Source of the DNA: Malacoraja senta
Taxonomy: Eukaryota
Reading direction: 5' to 3'
Assembly: GCA_038087875.1 (NCBI GenBank)
Contig: CM075990.1
Location: 12,340,001 to 12,404,000 of the forward strand
Length of the DNA stretch: 64,000 bases
Of this stretch, positions 12,358-25,067 are shown piece after piece. The notes under the pieces are model-generated. The model searched no databases and was not told the DNA's origin. It worked only from the letters and a program-made list of their open reading frames with translations. The first letter of the stretch is position 1. Every line of letters starts with the position of its first letter. Both the position numbers and the translations under genes were made by a program.

Positions 12358-14064
12358 CCCAATTTATTCCATCGATCCTCACCGCAAAAGTGTAGTTTAT
12401 TGTTAATGTCACGTGTGTCGAGGTGCAATGAAAAGCTGTTTTGTCGTTTGCTGTCCAGTCAAAGAAAAGACCTTTACGTGACTACAATCCAGCTTTCCAC
12501 TGTGTACGGGGACAGGCTAAAGGTGATTAGTTTAGAGTCATATTCCCCATCCGTCTTAGCTTTAAAAAAACACAATCAATGATTCTGCCTGATCATTCTC
12601 TGTTCCGTGCCCGACACCACAATGCCTCTCCCAGCTTTTATCTTTGTCCATGCTGATAAAGGAATTGTCAGCAGACCTGTGCCATCGACCAAAAGCAATT
12701 GCAGTATTTCCCAACTCAGTCTGTCCGCCTTCAGTCTTTTGTTCACAGTTTGCAGACTGTTTTGCTTCAGCTGATGAGCAAGATAACTTTCCCATTCTCT
12801 CTCCACCGCTGGACGAAGGCCAGGACTGAAAATCACCGGACTTTGGCACGTGATCAGTTGCGAGCTTAGACTCAATCCATCCATCCATCCTGTCATTCGG
12901 CATGGAACCCCCGCAGCCGTTTCTTGCTCCTGCCTTGGTTGCTCTGCTGGAGAGATTTTCAGCATAGATAGTGCCTGGCCCATTCATATTTGTTCTTGCA
13001 AAGACTAAAGCAGGTTTTTGACCATTGTCGGGATAATGATCACAGCAATTGTTAAGGACTTGCGTTCCTTGGATAAGGAAAGATAACCTGCTGACCATTC
13101 CGGGAGAGAATGCAAGGCTTTGGACAAAGAGTGCACCCGATTTCTGTTATGTGTGCCCTGCCATGTTGAGCACGGCCATTGGCTTTTTCCTATGCAGTAC
13201 TGTTCTTTGTGGGCGACAGCACCCATAGTCTGGATCGCACCCGGGGCTCTGGCATGGTGAGGAAACAACTCTGCAGCTGCACCATTGTGCTCCTCTAGTG
13301 TTGGAGCAATTCAGCGTGTCAGGCAGCATCTGTAGAGGGAATAGATCACCTCTCTATTCCCTCCAGCGATGCTGCCTGACCCATTGAATTCCTTCAGCAC
13401 TTTGTGTTTCACATCAAAGAAGGTGTTGGTTGAGGAATGAATGTCACCAATGCAGAGGTATGGTTAGTATATAAAATAATATAAAATCGCGAGGGCAATA
13501 GATGGGGTGAAAGCACTGTGTCTTTTAACTAGGGAGGGGATTCAAAAACAAGAGTAGATAAATTTAAGGTGAGAGGAACGATATTTAGCATAAAAATATG
13601 GAGCAACTTTGTTACCCAGAAGTTGGTGGGTATATGGAATGAGCTGCCAGGGGAGGTAGTTGAGGCAGATGCTATAACAATATTTATAAGACACTTAGAC
13701 ATGTACATGGACAGAAAAGGTTGGAAAGGGTATGGGCCACATGCAGACAAATAGGACGAGCTTTGAAGGGGCATATTGGTCAGCATGGATGTGTTGGGCC
13801 GAAGGGTCTTCTACCACATTGGATGACTCTATGACATGACCAGGCAGCAGAGTTTTGGATGATCCCAAGTGTATGGAGAGTAAGTCGGGGCACTGAGCCA
13901 GAGTCAGTGTTTAAAGGGAATAAAACAGCTGAGTCATGGGATGCAGTGGTCAAAGGTGATTGTACAGTCCACAACCCACGTTGGGGCCAAATATGAGACC
14001 TAGATTACAAACTGATTAGCCTATTTTTAGAGTTGCCAGAGGGAGGGATATATGGAGGTGCTTG

Positions 14065-15442
14065 AATCAATCAATCAATCTTTATTGTCATCTTGCCAGC
14101 AACCGTTGTACAGTGCAAAATGAAAAGACGTTTCCCAGGGAATACCGGAGCATCGCACATGAAATTTAAAACATTTCACATATAATAACACTAAAAGCAA
14201 TCCAGTCCCTGATGGAACAGTATAAATAGTTAAAAAGTAGGTAAAACAACAACGTTAAAATACAGTAAAACCAATCATAAACATGTCCGGGGTGGCTGAT
14301 TTGAGTGGCCAGTGCCAGTTATTGAAGTGGCCAGTGCCAGTTATTATAGTGTCCGTGCCAAGCCGCAGAATCAGGTGACTGTGAGTACAGAGTGGCTGTT
14401 TAGCAGCCTCACAGCATATGGCAGGAAGCTGTTTAGCAGTCTTGTAGTCCGGGCTTTGATGCTGCGATATCTCTTGCCTGATGGCAGGAGATCCAGGTGT
14501 ATGTGGAGGGGGTGCAGTTTGTCCTTAGCAATTCTCTGAGCTTTTTTCAGACAGCGGCTCTGGAACAGTTCTTGTACCGAGGGTAGGGAGACGCCAATGA
14601 TCCTCTCTGCTCCCCTCACTACCCTCTGCAGAGCCTTCCTGTCCAAGCAGTTGCAGGTGGAGTACCACGTATTTATGCAGTACGTGAGTACAGACTCCAC
14701 CGTACCCCTGTAGAAAGTCCTGAGGATGTTGTTGGGGAGTGAGGCCTGTTTTAGTTTCCTCAGGAAGTGCAGTCGCTGATGGGCCCGTTTGACGGTCCCA
14801 GTGGTGTTCCTGGACCAGGTGAGGCTGTCTGTAATTTGCACCCCGAGGAACTTTATGCTCTCCACTCTCTCCACTGTGGCGCCACTGATGTTGAGGGGTG
14901 TATGCTTTGGCTGCGCCCTCCTGAAGTCGACAACCATCTCCTTTGTTTTGTCGACATTTAATTCTAGATTATTTTTGCCGCACCAGTCCACTAGTTGTTT
15001 TACTTCCTCCCTGTACATTGATTCATCATCTCCGCTGATGAGTCCCACCACTGTTGTGTCATCCGCGAATTTTATGATCTTATTGTCCCTGAATCTGGCA
15101 GCACAGTCATGTGTGAGCAATGTGAACAACAGCGGGCTGAGCACACAGCCTTGAGGGGAGCCGGTGCTCAGCGTGATCGAGCCTGACGTGTTCTTGCCAA
15201 CACGGACTGACTGCGGTCTCTCTGCCAGAAAGTCCAAGATCCAGTGACACAGGGTGGTGTTGAGGCCCAGCAGGGTTAGTTTCTCCACAAGTCTCTGTGG
15301 GATGATGGTGTTAAACGCTGAGCTGAAGTCAATGTACAGGATTCTGGCGTATGTGTTTTTGTTTTCCAGATGCGTGAGTACTGTGTGCAGCGTGGTAGAG
15401 ATGGCATCCTCTGTAGAACGGTTGGGGCGATAGGCAAACTGA
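14065..15442 (-). mobile_element. 5'-truncated Rex1/Babar-clade LINE with an uninterrupted RT reading frame
   Basis: Open frame from [14 protein letters not shown] through [38 protein letters not shown] and [10 protein letters not shown] to the stop at 14371. 3' aataaa(gatt)n tail at about 14065-14086. Confidence 0.92.
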
Positions 15443-15763
15443 AGGCCTGGAAGTTAAGGTCTAGGCCTAACCTTTTTGATCATGGCCCAGAAAATAAAGG
15501 CTTTTTCTCTCTATTCCAACCCACAAATTGCCTTTCCCTCTCTTCATTTACTTCAGTTCCATCATTTCACTTGATTTGAGGCTACTTAAATCAACAGCAA
15601 ATGTTATTGTTTTGAAAGGGGTTCCTGGCTGATAAATTCCACCTAAGTAACAGTTCAAATGAGAGTAGCATTATTCATTCTGAAGGATTTACATGGTGAA
15701 GAAATTGTCTCCTTCCAGTAGCTAATAATTTGATAATATAAGGCATTTTCTGCATTGTTTCAG

Positions 15764-15871
15764 GTGAACATAACTCTGCTTGACATTAATGACAATCGCC
15801 CAGTTTGGAAGGATGAGCCATACTTGGTCAACGTGGTTGAAATGTCACCAGTTGACACAGATGTCATAACT
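15764..15871 (+). CDS. CDH23: Cadherin-23 internal exon (approx. exon 22), 108 bp, phase 0-0
   Basis: tttcag acceptor and gtaagt donor. VNITLLDINDNRPVWKDEPYLVNVVEMSPVDTDVIT. Confidence 0.95.
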
Positions 15872-16013
15872 GTAAGTATTGTATTATTACTGCTTCAAAT
15901 ATCTGAACCTGCACATCAGATTAAACCAGAAAATGTTTTACATACTCGGGAGATGTGTGGAGAGAGAAGTGATCTTTCACTTGTTCTTTTTCTCTCTCTG
16001 TCTCACTCTCCCC

Positions 16014-16057
<44 letters not shown>

Positions 16058-16072
16058 ATACACACACACACA
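16014..16072. repeat. Compound (CT)n(TA)n(CA)n microsatellite
   Basis: Seen directly. Confidence 0.9.
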
Positions 16073-16489
16073 TTATCTCTCTTATCTCTGCTTGCTTTGT
16101 TGTTATCTTGTCCTAGCTAACAATGATCTTTTCCTTGATCTTCACCCTCTTTGATGTCTGATTCTCACACCTTAGACTTCTTTATCTCTTTATCTCCTGA
16201 AGGGTCTCGACCCAAAATGTCACCCATTCCATCTCTCCAGAGTAGCTGCCTGTCCCGCTGAGTTACTCCACCCATGGCCCTCGCTAGCTCACTCTCTCCT
16301 TCCCCCTAACTCCATGATTGAAGTCAGTATGTGATGGCATGTGCATTTCTCTCAGTATCACACTTTGTCAACTGGTTTGCCTTATATACATGAGATGAAA
16401 TAGGGCAGGAAATATGTGATCGAAGGTACACAAAAATGCTGGAGAAACTCAGCGGGTCCAGCAGCATCTATGGAGCGAAGGAAATAGGT

Positions 16490-16517
16490 AACGTTTCGGG
16501 CTGAAACCCTTCTTCAG
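16490..16517 (-). ncRNA. Hammerhead-like motif (GUU variant) in a short Penelope-derived insertion
   Basis: Minus strand CTGAAGAAGGGTTTCAGCCCGAAACGTT. 10-bp TSD atgtgatcga (16414-16423 and 16518-16527). Confidence 0.6.
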
Positions 16518-16917
16518 ATGTGATCGATTTGGACAGAGTGTAGAGCAAATTTGCAATGATGATGCCCAAGCTAAACTATTATAACTAGCTAGCGAGATTG
16601 TCGAGGCTTACTTTTTTCTTGCAGGACAGTAATGTGAAGGATGATTCCATGGAGCTGCCTAAATGGGTCTAGTCTTTAATTAACATATGCATTGGACATG
16701 CACCAGAACAATTACATTCTTACTTGCTGCAGCTGTACAAACACATTAAGCACAACAACAATATGATTTTTGCATTAATTATAAGTTATTCTAAGTAAAC
16801 TAAACCCCAATAATGTAAAACATCCAAGGACACAGAGGAGCCAAGGAAGTGCAATGTCAGTAATGGGCCGCTGTGAGGTAGGGTTAAGGTTCGGGTTGTC
16901 CAGGCTGTTTCACAAGC

Positions 16918-17365
16918 CTGTAGGAAGGAACTGCAGATGCTGGTTTACACCGAAGATGGACACAAATTGCTGGAGTAACTCAGCGGGACAGGCAGCATCT
17001 CTGGAGAGAAGGAATGGGTGACGTTTCAGGTTGAGACCCTTCTTCGGACTGAGAGTCAGGGGAAAGGGAAACAAGAGATATCGGCAGCAATATCGAGAGA
17101 TATAGAACAAACAAATGAAAGATATATTCAATAAAGTAGCTGGCGAGCAGAAGGAATCACAGAGGGGGAACAGCGAGAGAGGGTGGTGCAGAACTCTCAT
17201 CGGAGAGAGAAGGATAATTACTTCAAAGTAGGCATACCTTGAGGAGATTTTGCAGTGGAGGAATGTGTAGGAAGGAACTGCAGATGCTGGTTTACACTGA
17301 AGATAGACACAAAAGTAACTCGGTGAGTCAGGCAGCATCTCTGGAGAGAAGGAATGGGTGACGTC
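16918..17365 (-). mobile_element. Penelope-derived element with directly repeated terminal units
   Basis: gtaggaaggaactgcagatgctggtttacac...ggaatgggtgacgt occurs at about 16920 and again at about 17267. Confidence 0.7.
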
Positions 17366-18700
17366 TCTGATTGATGTTTATTGATAAAAAATCAGTAGAG
17401 ATAAGGAAAAATGTTTCCACCTGAAGAGTAATGGTGGTCTAGGATTTGCTGCTTGATAGGGTGATGGAGGCAGGAACCCACATCGCTTCTAAACAGCAAG
17501 GAAAGACTCTTGAACATTTGTAACCGGCAAGACTACAAAGTGAGGGCGAGGAAGATGGGATTCGCTTCAATAGATCTTGTTTTGTCCACCATAGGCACGA
17601 TGAATAGATGGTGTCCTACTGCGTCATGAGTTTCTACACCTCAATAACAATGAATTAAAACTGCACACAGGTCATTCACAGTAGCACGTTACTGGTGAGC
17701 TCCTGCCATGATTCTCCGCAGAGTAGCAGTCACCCATTTCATTCACTGAACCAATGCATGTGCTTACTTTTGAGCGATGAGGTGATTGATTATTAAGTGT
17801 TAAGTACTTGAGTGGAATAGAGAGCTAACTTAGCTTATCTTCTTTCAAAAGGCATTGACAACATTTATTGCACTGTAGTTCATCAGACTTGATGCTTGTT
17901 ACAAGATGGATGTTTTAGAATTGCCATTTGAGTATTAATGTGAATGCAGGGTAGGTTTAATATAAATGCTCTTCCTGACTTCCGAGTATTTAAATGAATG
18001 ATCGGGTGACACCGTGCTTTGATGATATACTCACTGCAAAAGTGTCCTTGTTGTACAGACCAAAAATAATTGAACAATTAAATATCACAACGCATCTGTG
18101 ATTATATTCATATTGGCGTCTGTGGAATCAGCTCCATGAATCTTCACGTTCTCAAGCCGAAACAATTAAATAGAGAATTGGCAGAGCCTTGCGCATAAAC
18201 CCATAACAAAGTGAGTTGATAATTGAGGGAGTGCGAGGATTAGTTATGACAGCTAAATTTCTAGGCAATGTTTCTTGGAGAGAATCACACAGTGACTACA
18301 TTTGACAGGATAGTGGAATGATTTTTTTGTTGTTGCTACCTTGTTGCTTTGTTCATAGAGCTGATAAGCAAAGCTGTTAAGTAGCTGTTTTATCTGTGAT
18401 TTAAACTTTGGCTGAAAGGCAGACACATTTGTTTTCTTCCTTATCATGTGTCGCGACAGCCTTAACACTAATCATGCATTTTGAAATGTAATTGTAGATA
18501 TGTCAACTAATGGAGCAACCATTTTGCAATGAATCAGTCCGAGAGAGAAGAAGATGAATTGCTCTTCATCTATTTCTCTTTTGGTGTTGTTTTTGGTAAG
18601 GTGCTACACCATGGAGCCACTGCCTCTTTGCTCCATTGACCCAAGTTCAATTCTGACTTCTGGTGCTCTTTGTGTAGAATTTGCATATTCTCCATGTGAC

Positions 18701-19050
18701 CAAAGATCCTATAGCGAGCAAGATAGTCCACTCGACGAAAAAGACATAGTACGGCCATGGGCAGATTCATGGGTAATTTTCGGCCCCATTTCCGTAACCG
18801 GCTTCCGTCTCCGCACCAAAGATCCCATAGGATACTAGTGCGGAGACGGAAGCTGGTTACGGAAACATCCTCGTAAAAATAAAAGTTATTTGGGAAAACT
18901 GTCCCCCCCGCAACGTTGATTACACTGCAAGTCGGGTCGGGTTACTGAAATGGATGAAAAAAAGGTCCACGTTCCGCTCCGTTGTGTACTACACGTCAGC
19001 CCATTGCATTTAGAAGGAGTGCTCTATCTTGCTCTGCTATAGGATCTTTG
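18701..19050. mobile_element. Non-autonomous DNA transposon with ~26-bp TIRs and an 8-bp TSD (P-superfamily or hAT)
   Basis: caaagatcctatagc(a)gagcaagatag TIRs. Flanks catgtgac and cctgtgac (7/8 match). Inserted in a SINE V-domain. Confidence 0.8.
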
Positions 19051-21454
19051 CCTGTGACTACATGGGTTTCCCCCAAGTGTCCTAAAAAATGTGCAGGTTG
19101 GTAGGTTGATTGTCCAATGTAAATGAATGGTAGACACAAAAAGCTGGAGTAACTTAGCGGGACAGGCAGCATCTCTGGAGAAAAGGAATAGGTGACTTGT
19201 CAATGAAGGGTCGAAACCCTTCTTCAGACTGAGAGTCAGGGGAAAGGAGAACAAGAGATGTAGATGGTGATGTAGAGAGATATAGAACAAATGAATGAAA
19301 GATATGCAAAAAAGTAGGGATGATAAAGGAAACAGGCCACTGTTTGCTGTGCGCAAGGTGAGAACGGTCCAGACAATGAGGCTGTTAGGGTCAATGTAAA
19401 TGAATGGTTCCTGGTGTAAATAAATGGTAGTCAAAAGGCGAATTAATGGGAATGTGGAGAGAATACAATGGGATGGATATTGGAATCGTGTGAAGCAGTG
19501 GCTAATGGTCCACATGGATTCAGTGGGGCCTGTTTCACTGCCGTATGTTTCGGTAACTAAGAATATTGCTCTGAGCATCCAATTAAACATCTGAATGAAT
19601 GGACATTGACTCTGACAACTTGCAAATTAAATTATATGCAAGTCCTACTTACACCTACAACATTCAGGCCCAACCACAATGTTTGTAACATGCCTTCATA
19701 GTAGAACTGGTCAAAAAGTAAGTGTAGGAATAGATTAGAAACATAGAAAATAGGTGAAGGAGTAGGCCACATCCTACATAGCTGTACAATAACTTCTCCT
19801 TTCCATTCTTTGCTATGAAGTTATTACGACATAGTTGCTTCCAAAGAGACCTTATATTATGTAAAATCGTGTTGTAAAAACAATCATGTCAGTGGGGGAA
19901 AAGGGGGTTAGGGGCAAGAGAGTTTCAGACTAGCAATAACAATGTTAATTTTCATGCACTATATTCAAAACAGAAATATTTTAATAGCACAAGTTTATGT
20001 TGGTTACTGCTAGCTAAATATAGTAGTACTAGGGCCCCCTCGGTCATGACTGACCATGGGTGATGCATCCTGGTCGGATGCAAGCATGGACGGTGTCATA
20101 TGGAGGACAGGCTATTGCCCATGCAGCACGTCCCCCCTCTCCACGTCGCTGATCGATCCAAAGGAACAGCAGGGCCGTTACAGTTTGGCACCAGTGCCGT
20201 CGCAGGAGCTGCCAGAGCGAGGTTGTAGACAACGACGAACTGCCTTAGGGTCTCCGACCCCGGATTTTCTTGAGGTTTACTCCAGGAGCATTTTCCATGA
20301 CTGGATACGGCCACAAGGCAGTGGAGGTTTTAAATCAGAGTTTTCCCTCTCCTAGATCCCGTGCAGGTCTATAGCACCTGCCCACTGCCCAGAAATATAC
20401 TAAAGGCTATATGTGGCATTGTTTAGTAGAGTATAATTACACAAGTGTCAGAAAAATCAACTGCATATCTATTTTAATGGCCACACAGTGAAACTCACAA
20501 CCTGTATTCTTAAGGGTCAATGGTGCCTAATTACTGCAGGGAGGTTACTTGGAAACTGTTTTTGTTTCTCAACAAAGACTTGTATTTGTCCAAGCAGCAT
20601 TTTTTACTGCTTGTCAATTGCCAAAGTGACCTTTCTTGTTCTTTGTCAAAAATTGTGCTATAACCAGATTGACCCACTCACAGCGAATAGTCTTCTCGAA
20701 TACATCAACAGCCTTGTATCTAATCATCGCAATGTAGCAGAACAACCTACACTTATTATACTTGAATTCTCAGGGACACCCAGCCTCTCCTGTACCCCAC
20801 TGTATTCTGTAGTTTCTCATCAATTAAGCAATATTCTGCTTTTGATTTAATGATTTCTAACTTTTGCCTTCAATTCTCTCCACAGTTTCTGCTCCCCTTT
20901 TCTCCTTCCCTGATTACCTCCCGTCCCACCCACATCCTTCCAAAACCTTGGTGCTGTCGTGATCCTGAATCTTGGCTCCTGAACAACTTTGTCATGAAGG
21001 AACAATAGGTTGAAAATACAGCTTTTATTGCTTTCTTTAAATGTCAGTGAATACTGGCAGTCTAACAAGTTACTTTGAACCTGACGTGCATTCATAAAAA
21101 GCTGTTTTTTTTATTATTGAGCCACCATCTGTCCTAATTTACCATTTTGTTCCCATCTTCTACTGTGTACTTCAATTATATCTTCTATTTTTATTCTCTG
21201 TCTCCTTATTAAACCTAATTTTCAGTCTTAAGTTTTCTCTCTCTCTCTCTCTCTCCCAAACCCTCTTGCCTCTCTCCCCAGTCACTAATCTAGTGTCACG
21301 TATGTGGCTAAGTACTCCTGGCCAGCAGGTATTTAAGCATGATTCTGATTACCTTAATCTCTTTCTATTCTTTATATCATCTACAATCCCCTCGGGGTAT
21401 CTGCAGACCTCAGGCCTCAAATATCTTTAGTCCTGCAAGGTATCTTGGACTTTA

Positions 21455-23068
21455 GATTCAAGAGATTCAAGATTCAAGAGAGTTTATTGTCATGTGTCCC
21501 AGATAGGACAATGAAATTCTTGCTTTACTTTCAGCACATAGAAACATGGAAAATAGGTGCAGGAGTAGGCCATTCGGCCCTTCGAGCCTGCACCGCCATT
21601 CAATATGATCATGGCTGATCATCCAACTCAGTATCCCGTACCTGCCTTCTCTCCATACCCCCTGATCCCCTTTAGCCACAAGGTCCACATCTAACTCCCT
21701 CTTAAATATAGCCAATGAACTGGCCTCAACTACCTTCTGTGGCAGAGAATTCCACAGATTCACCACTCTCTGTGTGAAAAATGTTTTTCTCATCTCGGTC
21801 CTAAAAGACTTCCCTCTTATCCTTAAACTGTGACCCCTTGTTCTGGACTTCACCAACATCGGGAACAATCTTCCTGCATCTAGCCTGTCCAACCCCTTAA
21901 GAATTTTGTAAGTTTCTATAAGATCCCCCCTCAATCTTCTAAATTCTAGCGAGTACAAGCCGAGTCTATCCAGTCTTCATATGAAAGTCCTGCCATCCCA
22001 GGAATCAGTCTGGTGAACCTTCTCTGTACTCCTTCTATGGCAAGAATGTTTTTCCTCAGATTAGGAGACCAAAACTGTACGCAATACTCCAGGTGTGGTC
22101 TCACCAAGGCCCTGTACAACTGCAGTAGAACCTCCCTGCTCTTATACTCAAATCCTTTTGCTATGAATGCTAACATACCATTTGCTTTCTTCACTGCCTG
22201 CTGTACCTGCATGCCTACTTTCAATGACTGGTGTACCATGACACCCAGGTCTCGTTGCATCTCCCCTTTTCCTAATCGGCCACCATTCAGATAATAGTCT
22301 ACTTTCCTGTTTTTGCCACCAAAGTGGATAACCTCACATTTATCCACATTATACTGCATCTGCCATGCATTTGCCCACTCACCCAACCTATCCAAGTCAC
22401 CTTGCAGCCTCCTAGCATCCTCCTCACAACTAACACTGCCCCCCAGCTTAGTGTCATCCGCAAACTTGGAGATGTTACATTCAATTCCCTCGTCCAAATC
22501 ATTAATATATATTGTAAATAGCTTGGGTCCCAGCACTGAGCCTTGCGGTACCCCACTAGTCACTGCCTGCCATTGTGAAAAGGACCCGTTTACTCCTACT
22601 CTTTGCACAACAGAATATTGTAGGCATAAATAATACAGAACAGATCAGTGTGTCCATACACCATTGAATATATATATATATATACACACATAAATATACA
22701 TATAAAGTGCAGTAGGCTAATTAAAGTTCAGATTTTGTTTGAGTTGAGTTTAATAGTCTGATGGCTGTGGGGAAGTAGCTATTCCTGAACCTGGTTGTTG
22801 CCGATTTCAGGCTCCTGTACCTTCTACCTGAAGGCAGCGGAGAGATGTGTTCATGGCCAGGATAGTGTGGGTCCTTGATGATGCTGCCAGCCTTTTTGAG
22901 GCAGCGACTGTGGTAAATCCCTTCGATGATAGGGAGGTCAGAGTCGATGATGGACTGAGCAGTGTTTACAACTTTTTGCAGTCTTTTCCGCTCCTGGGCG
23001 CACATCGTGCCGAACCAAGCCACGATGCAACCTGTCAGCATGCTCTCTACTGTGCACCTGTGGAAGTT
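21455..23068 (-). mobile_element. Rex1/Babar-like LINE 3' fragment (21455-21538 plus 22605-23068), split by the CR1 insertion
   Basis: LTGCIVAWFG...LPSGRRYRSLKSATTRFRNSYFP (ORF 22721-23041). (cttgaat)n tail and aataaa at about 21455-21490. Confidence 0.8.
21539..22604 (-). mobile_element. 5'-truncated CR1-clade LINE (RT C-terminal half, frameshifted), nested in the 3' UTR of a Rex1-like element
   Basis: GVPQGSVLGP, KFADDTKLGG, LVRPHLEYCVQFWSP, RRLRGDLIETYKI and RTRGHSL. (ttctatgt)-type tail. gcaca repeated at both ends. Confidence 0.9.
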
Positions 23069-23104
23069 AGACTACTGGCAGCTAAGTTCTTGAGCTCTGG
23101 AATT

Positions 23105-23468
23105 CCTTGCCCATCGGACAAGAGGTACAGAAGCGTGAAAACACATACTTCTAGATTCAGGGACAGATACTTCTAGATTCTAGAGTTTCTTCCCAGGTGT
23201 TATCAGGCAAGTGAACCATCAACCTGCCTGATGACAGCCAACTAGAGAATGATCCTGAGCTCCCATCTCCCTCATTGAAGACCTTTGGATTATCTTTAAT
23301 TGGACCACTAGACTTTATCTTGCGCTAAACACTATATCCTTTATCCTGTATCTGTACGCTGTGAATGACTTGATTATGATCATGCAGTCTTTTTTCTGAC
23401 TGGATAGCATGCAACCAAAAGATGTCCGTGGTACCTCAGTACACATGACAATAATAAACTAAACTAAA
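23105..23468 (+). mobile_element. Rex1-like LINE 3' fragment
   Basis: PSDKRYRSVKTHTSRFRD, then gacaataataaactaaactaaa tail. Confidence 0.65.
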
Positions 23469-23688
23469 GTCTCCTTGCCTGTCTTTGCTGCTTCAAACTG
23501 CTCCTTAAAACCCACCTTCTTGACCAACCTATTGGAAATTGGCCTCGGCCTTTTCTTGTGTTGCTCGCTCTCAAATCTTATCTGTGAGTCTCACTGGGGC
23601 ATTTTCCTTGGTGAAAGGTTACCCACCTTGTATCTACTGTTGCTGAGAGAAATAAAGAATAACAAGGCCAATTGTATCCCTTCCACAG

Positions 23689-23878
23689 GTGTCGGCCTAT
23701 GACCCAGACCTGGCTGAGAATGGCTCTGTGGTGTACACCATCAGCCCTCCAAACCCATTCTATCGAATAAGCAGAACCACGGGGAAGATTCGAACTTCAG
23801 GAGCCGTGTTGGACCGAGAGAATAAAGATGCCAGGGATGCAGAAATGATGAGAAAAATCGTCATTTCAGCCACGGACC
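23689..23878 (+). CDS. CDH23: Cadherin-23 internal exon (approx. exon 23), 190 bp, phase 0-1
   Basis: ttccacag acceptor and gtgagt donor. VSAYDPDLAENGSVVYTISPPNPFYRISRTTGKIRTSGAVLDRENKDARDAEMMRKIVISATD. Confidence 0.95.
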
Positions 23879-24965
23879 GTGAGTAACAAAGAAGCTCATT
23901 AAGCAATTAAGACGTCATGTTGCACTTTGCTACATGTGCCTTCCAATAGTCACTTATAGTATTTTATGTCCAATTACTATCGCAATGTTTAGACAGGTAC
24001 ATGGATAGGACAGGTTTAGAGGGATATGGGCCAAATGGAGGTAGTTGGGACCCTGTAAAGATGGGACATGTTGGCCGGTATGGGCAAGTTGGGCTGAAGG
24101 TCCTGTTTCCATGCTGGAGGACTATGACTCTATAATCTGGTAACTTTTACTCACCACATGACCTGGCCATGTGTGTTCCAGCCATGTGTGTTCAGATCAC
24201 GTGAAGAATGGTTTATATAATGTTGAAGCTGTGTAAGAAAATCGGGCAACATTGTTTTAACTCTCTCCCTGAGTGACTCGCGCAGATGTTTTCACTAAAT
24301 AAACCTTAAGCTTACACAACATAGGAAAATGGTTGGGATAAACGATCAAGAGTTGGTGGCTAGAGATATTGCCTGGAAGATAGACACAAAAAGCTGGAGT
24401 AACTCGGGAAAGTGGGCAGGCAACATCTCTGGAGAGAAGGAATGGGTGACGTTTCTCATCATTTCTTGACCGACTCCTTGTCTTCAGAGATGCTGCCTGT
24501 CTCGTCTCCTGTCTGGTATGCTTCAGTCGATCTTCAGTTTAAACCAGCATCTGCAGTTCCTTCTTACACATATGGTCTGGAAGATGCTGGGAATAGCGAC
24601 AATCTGAGATGCTAGTCATGTGGAATCTGAAAGTCTTCACCAATAGCAGTGTGGGATTGCAAAACAGTGTGGGATTGCAAAATCCACAGATGTGATCCAC
24701 CATGGGATTTCTCCAGGTGCTTCGGTTTCATCCCAGGTCCCAAAGACTAGCAGGTTTGTAGGTTAATTGGTTCCTGTAAATTACCCCTAATGTGTAGGAT
24801 AGAACTGGTGTACAGGCAATCGTTGGTCAGCATGAACTTGATGGACCGAAGGGCCTGTTTCTGCGCTGTATCTCTAAAACCGTGCTCTTAATACTGATGT
24901 GTTTATAGTAATAATAATCCCATATTTGTGAAAACGTTTGTGCTGGATAAGGAACTGTTTATCTC

Positions 24966-25067
24966 TAACTAGAGTCTGAAGAAGGGTTTTGGCTCGAAAC
25001 GTTGCCTATTTCCTTCGCTCCATAGATGCTGCTGCACCCGCTGAGTTTCTCCAGCACTTTTGTCTAC
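24966..25067 (+). mobile_element. About 100-bp Penelope-derived insertion with an 11-bp TSD and a hammerhead-like core
   Basis: ctgtttatctc at 24955-24965 and 25068-25078. CTGAAGA at 24976 and GAAACGTT. Confidence 0.75.

Noticed and set aside
12562..13098. 178-aa minus-strand ORF in non-repetitive sequence
   Set aside because: No recognisable motif or splice structure that I can support, so it is treated as a chance ORF. Conservation could not be tested.
20037..20355. GC-rich block resembling the 5' region of an RTE-type retroelement
   Set aside because: Single copy in the window, with no TSD or coding motif that I could verify, so the family assignment is unsupported.
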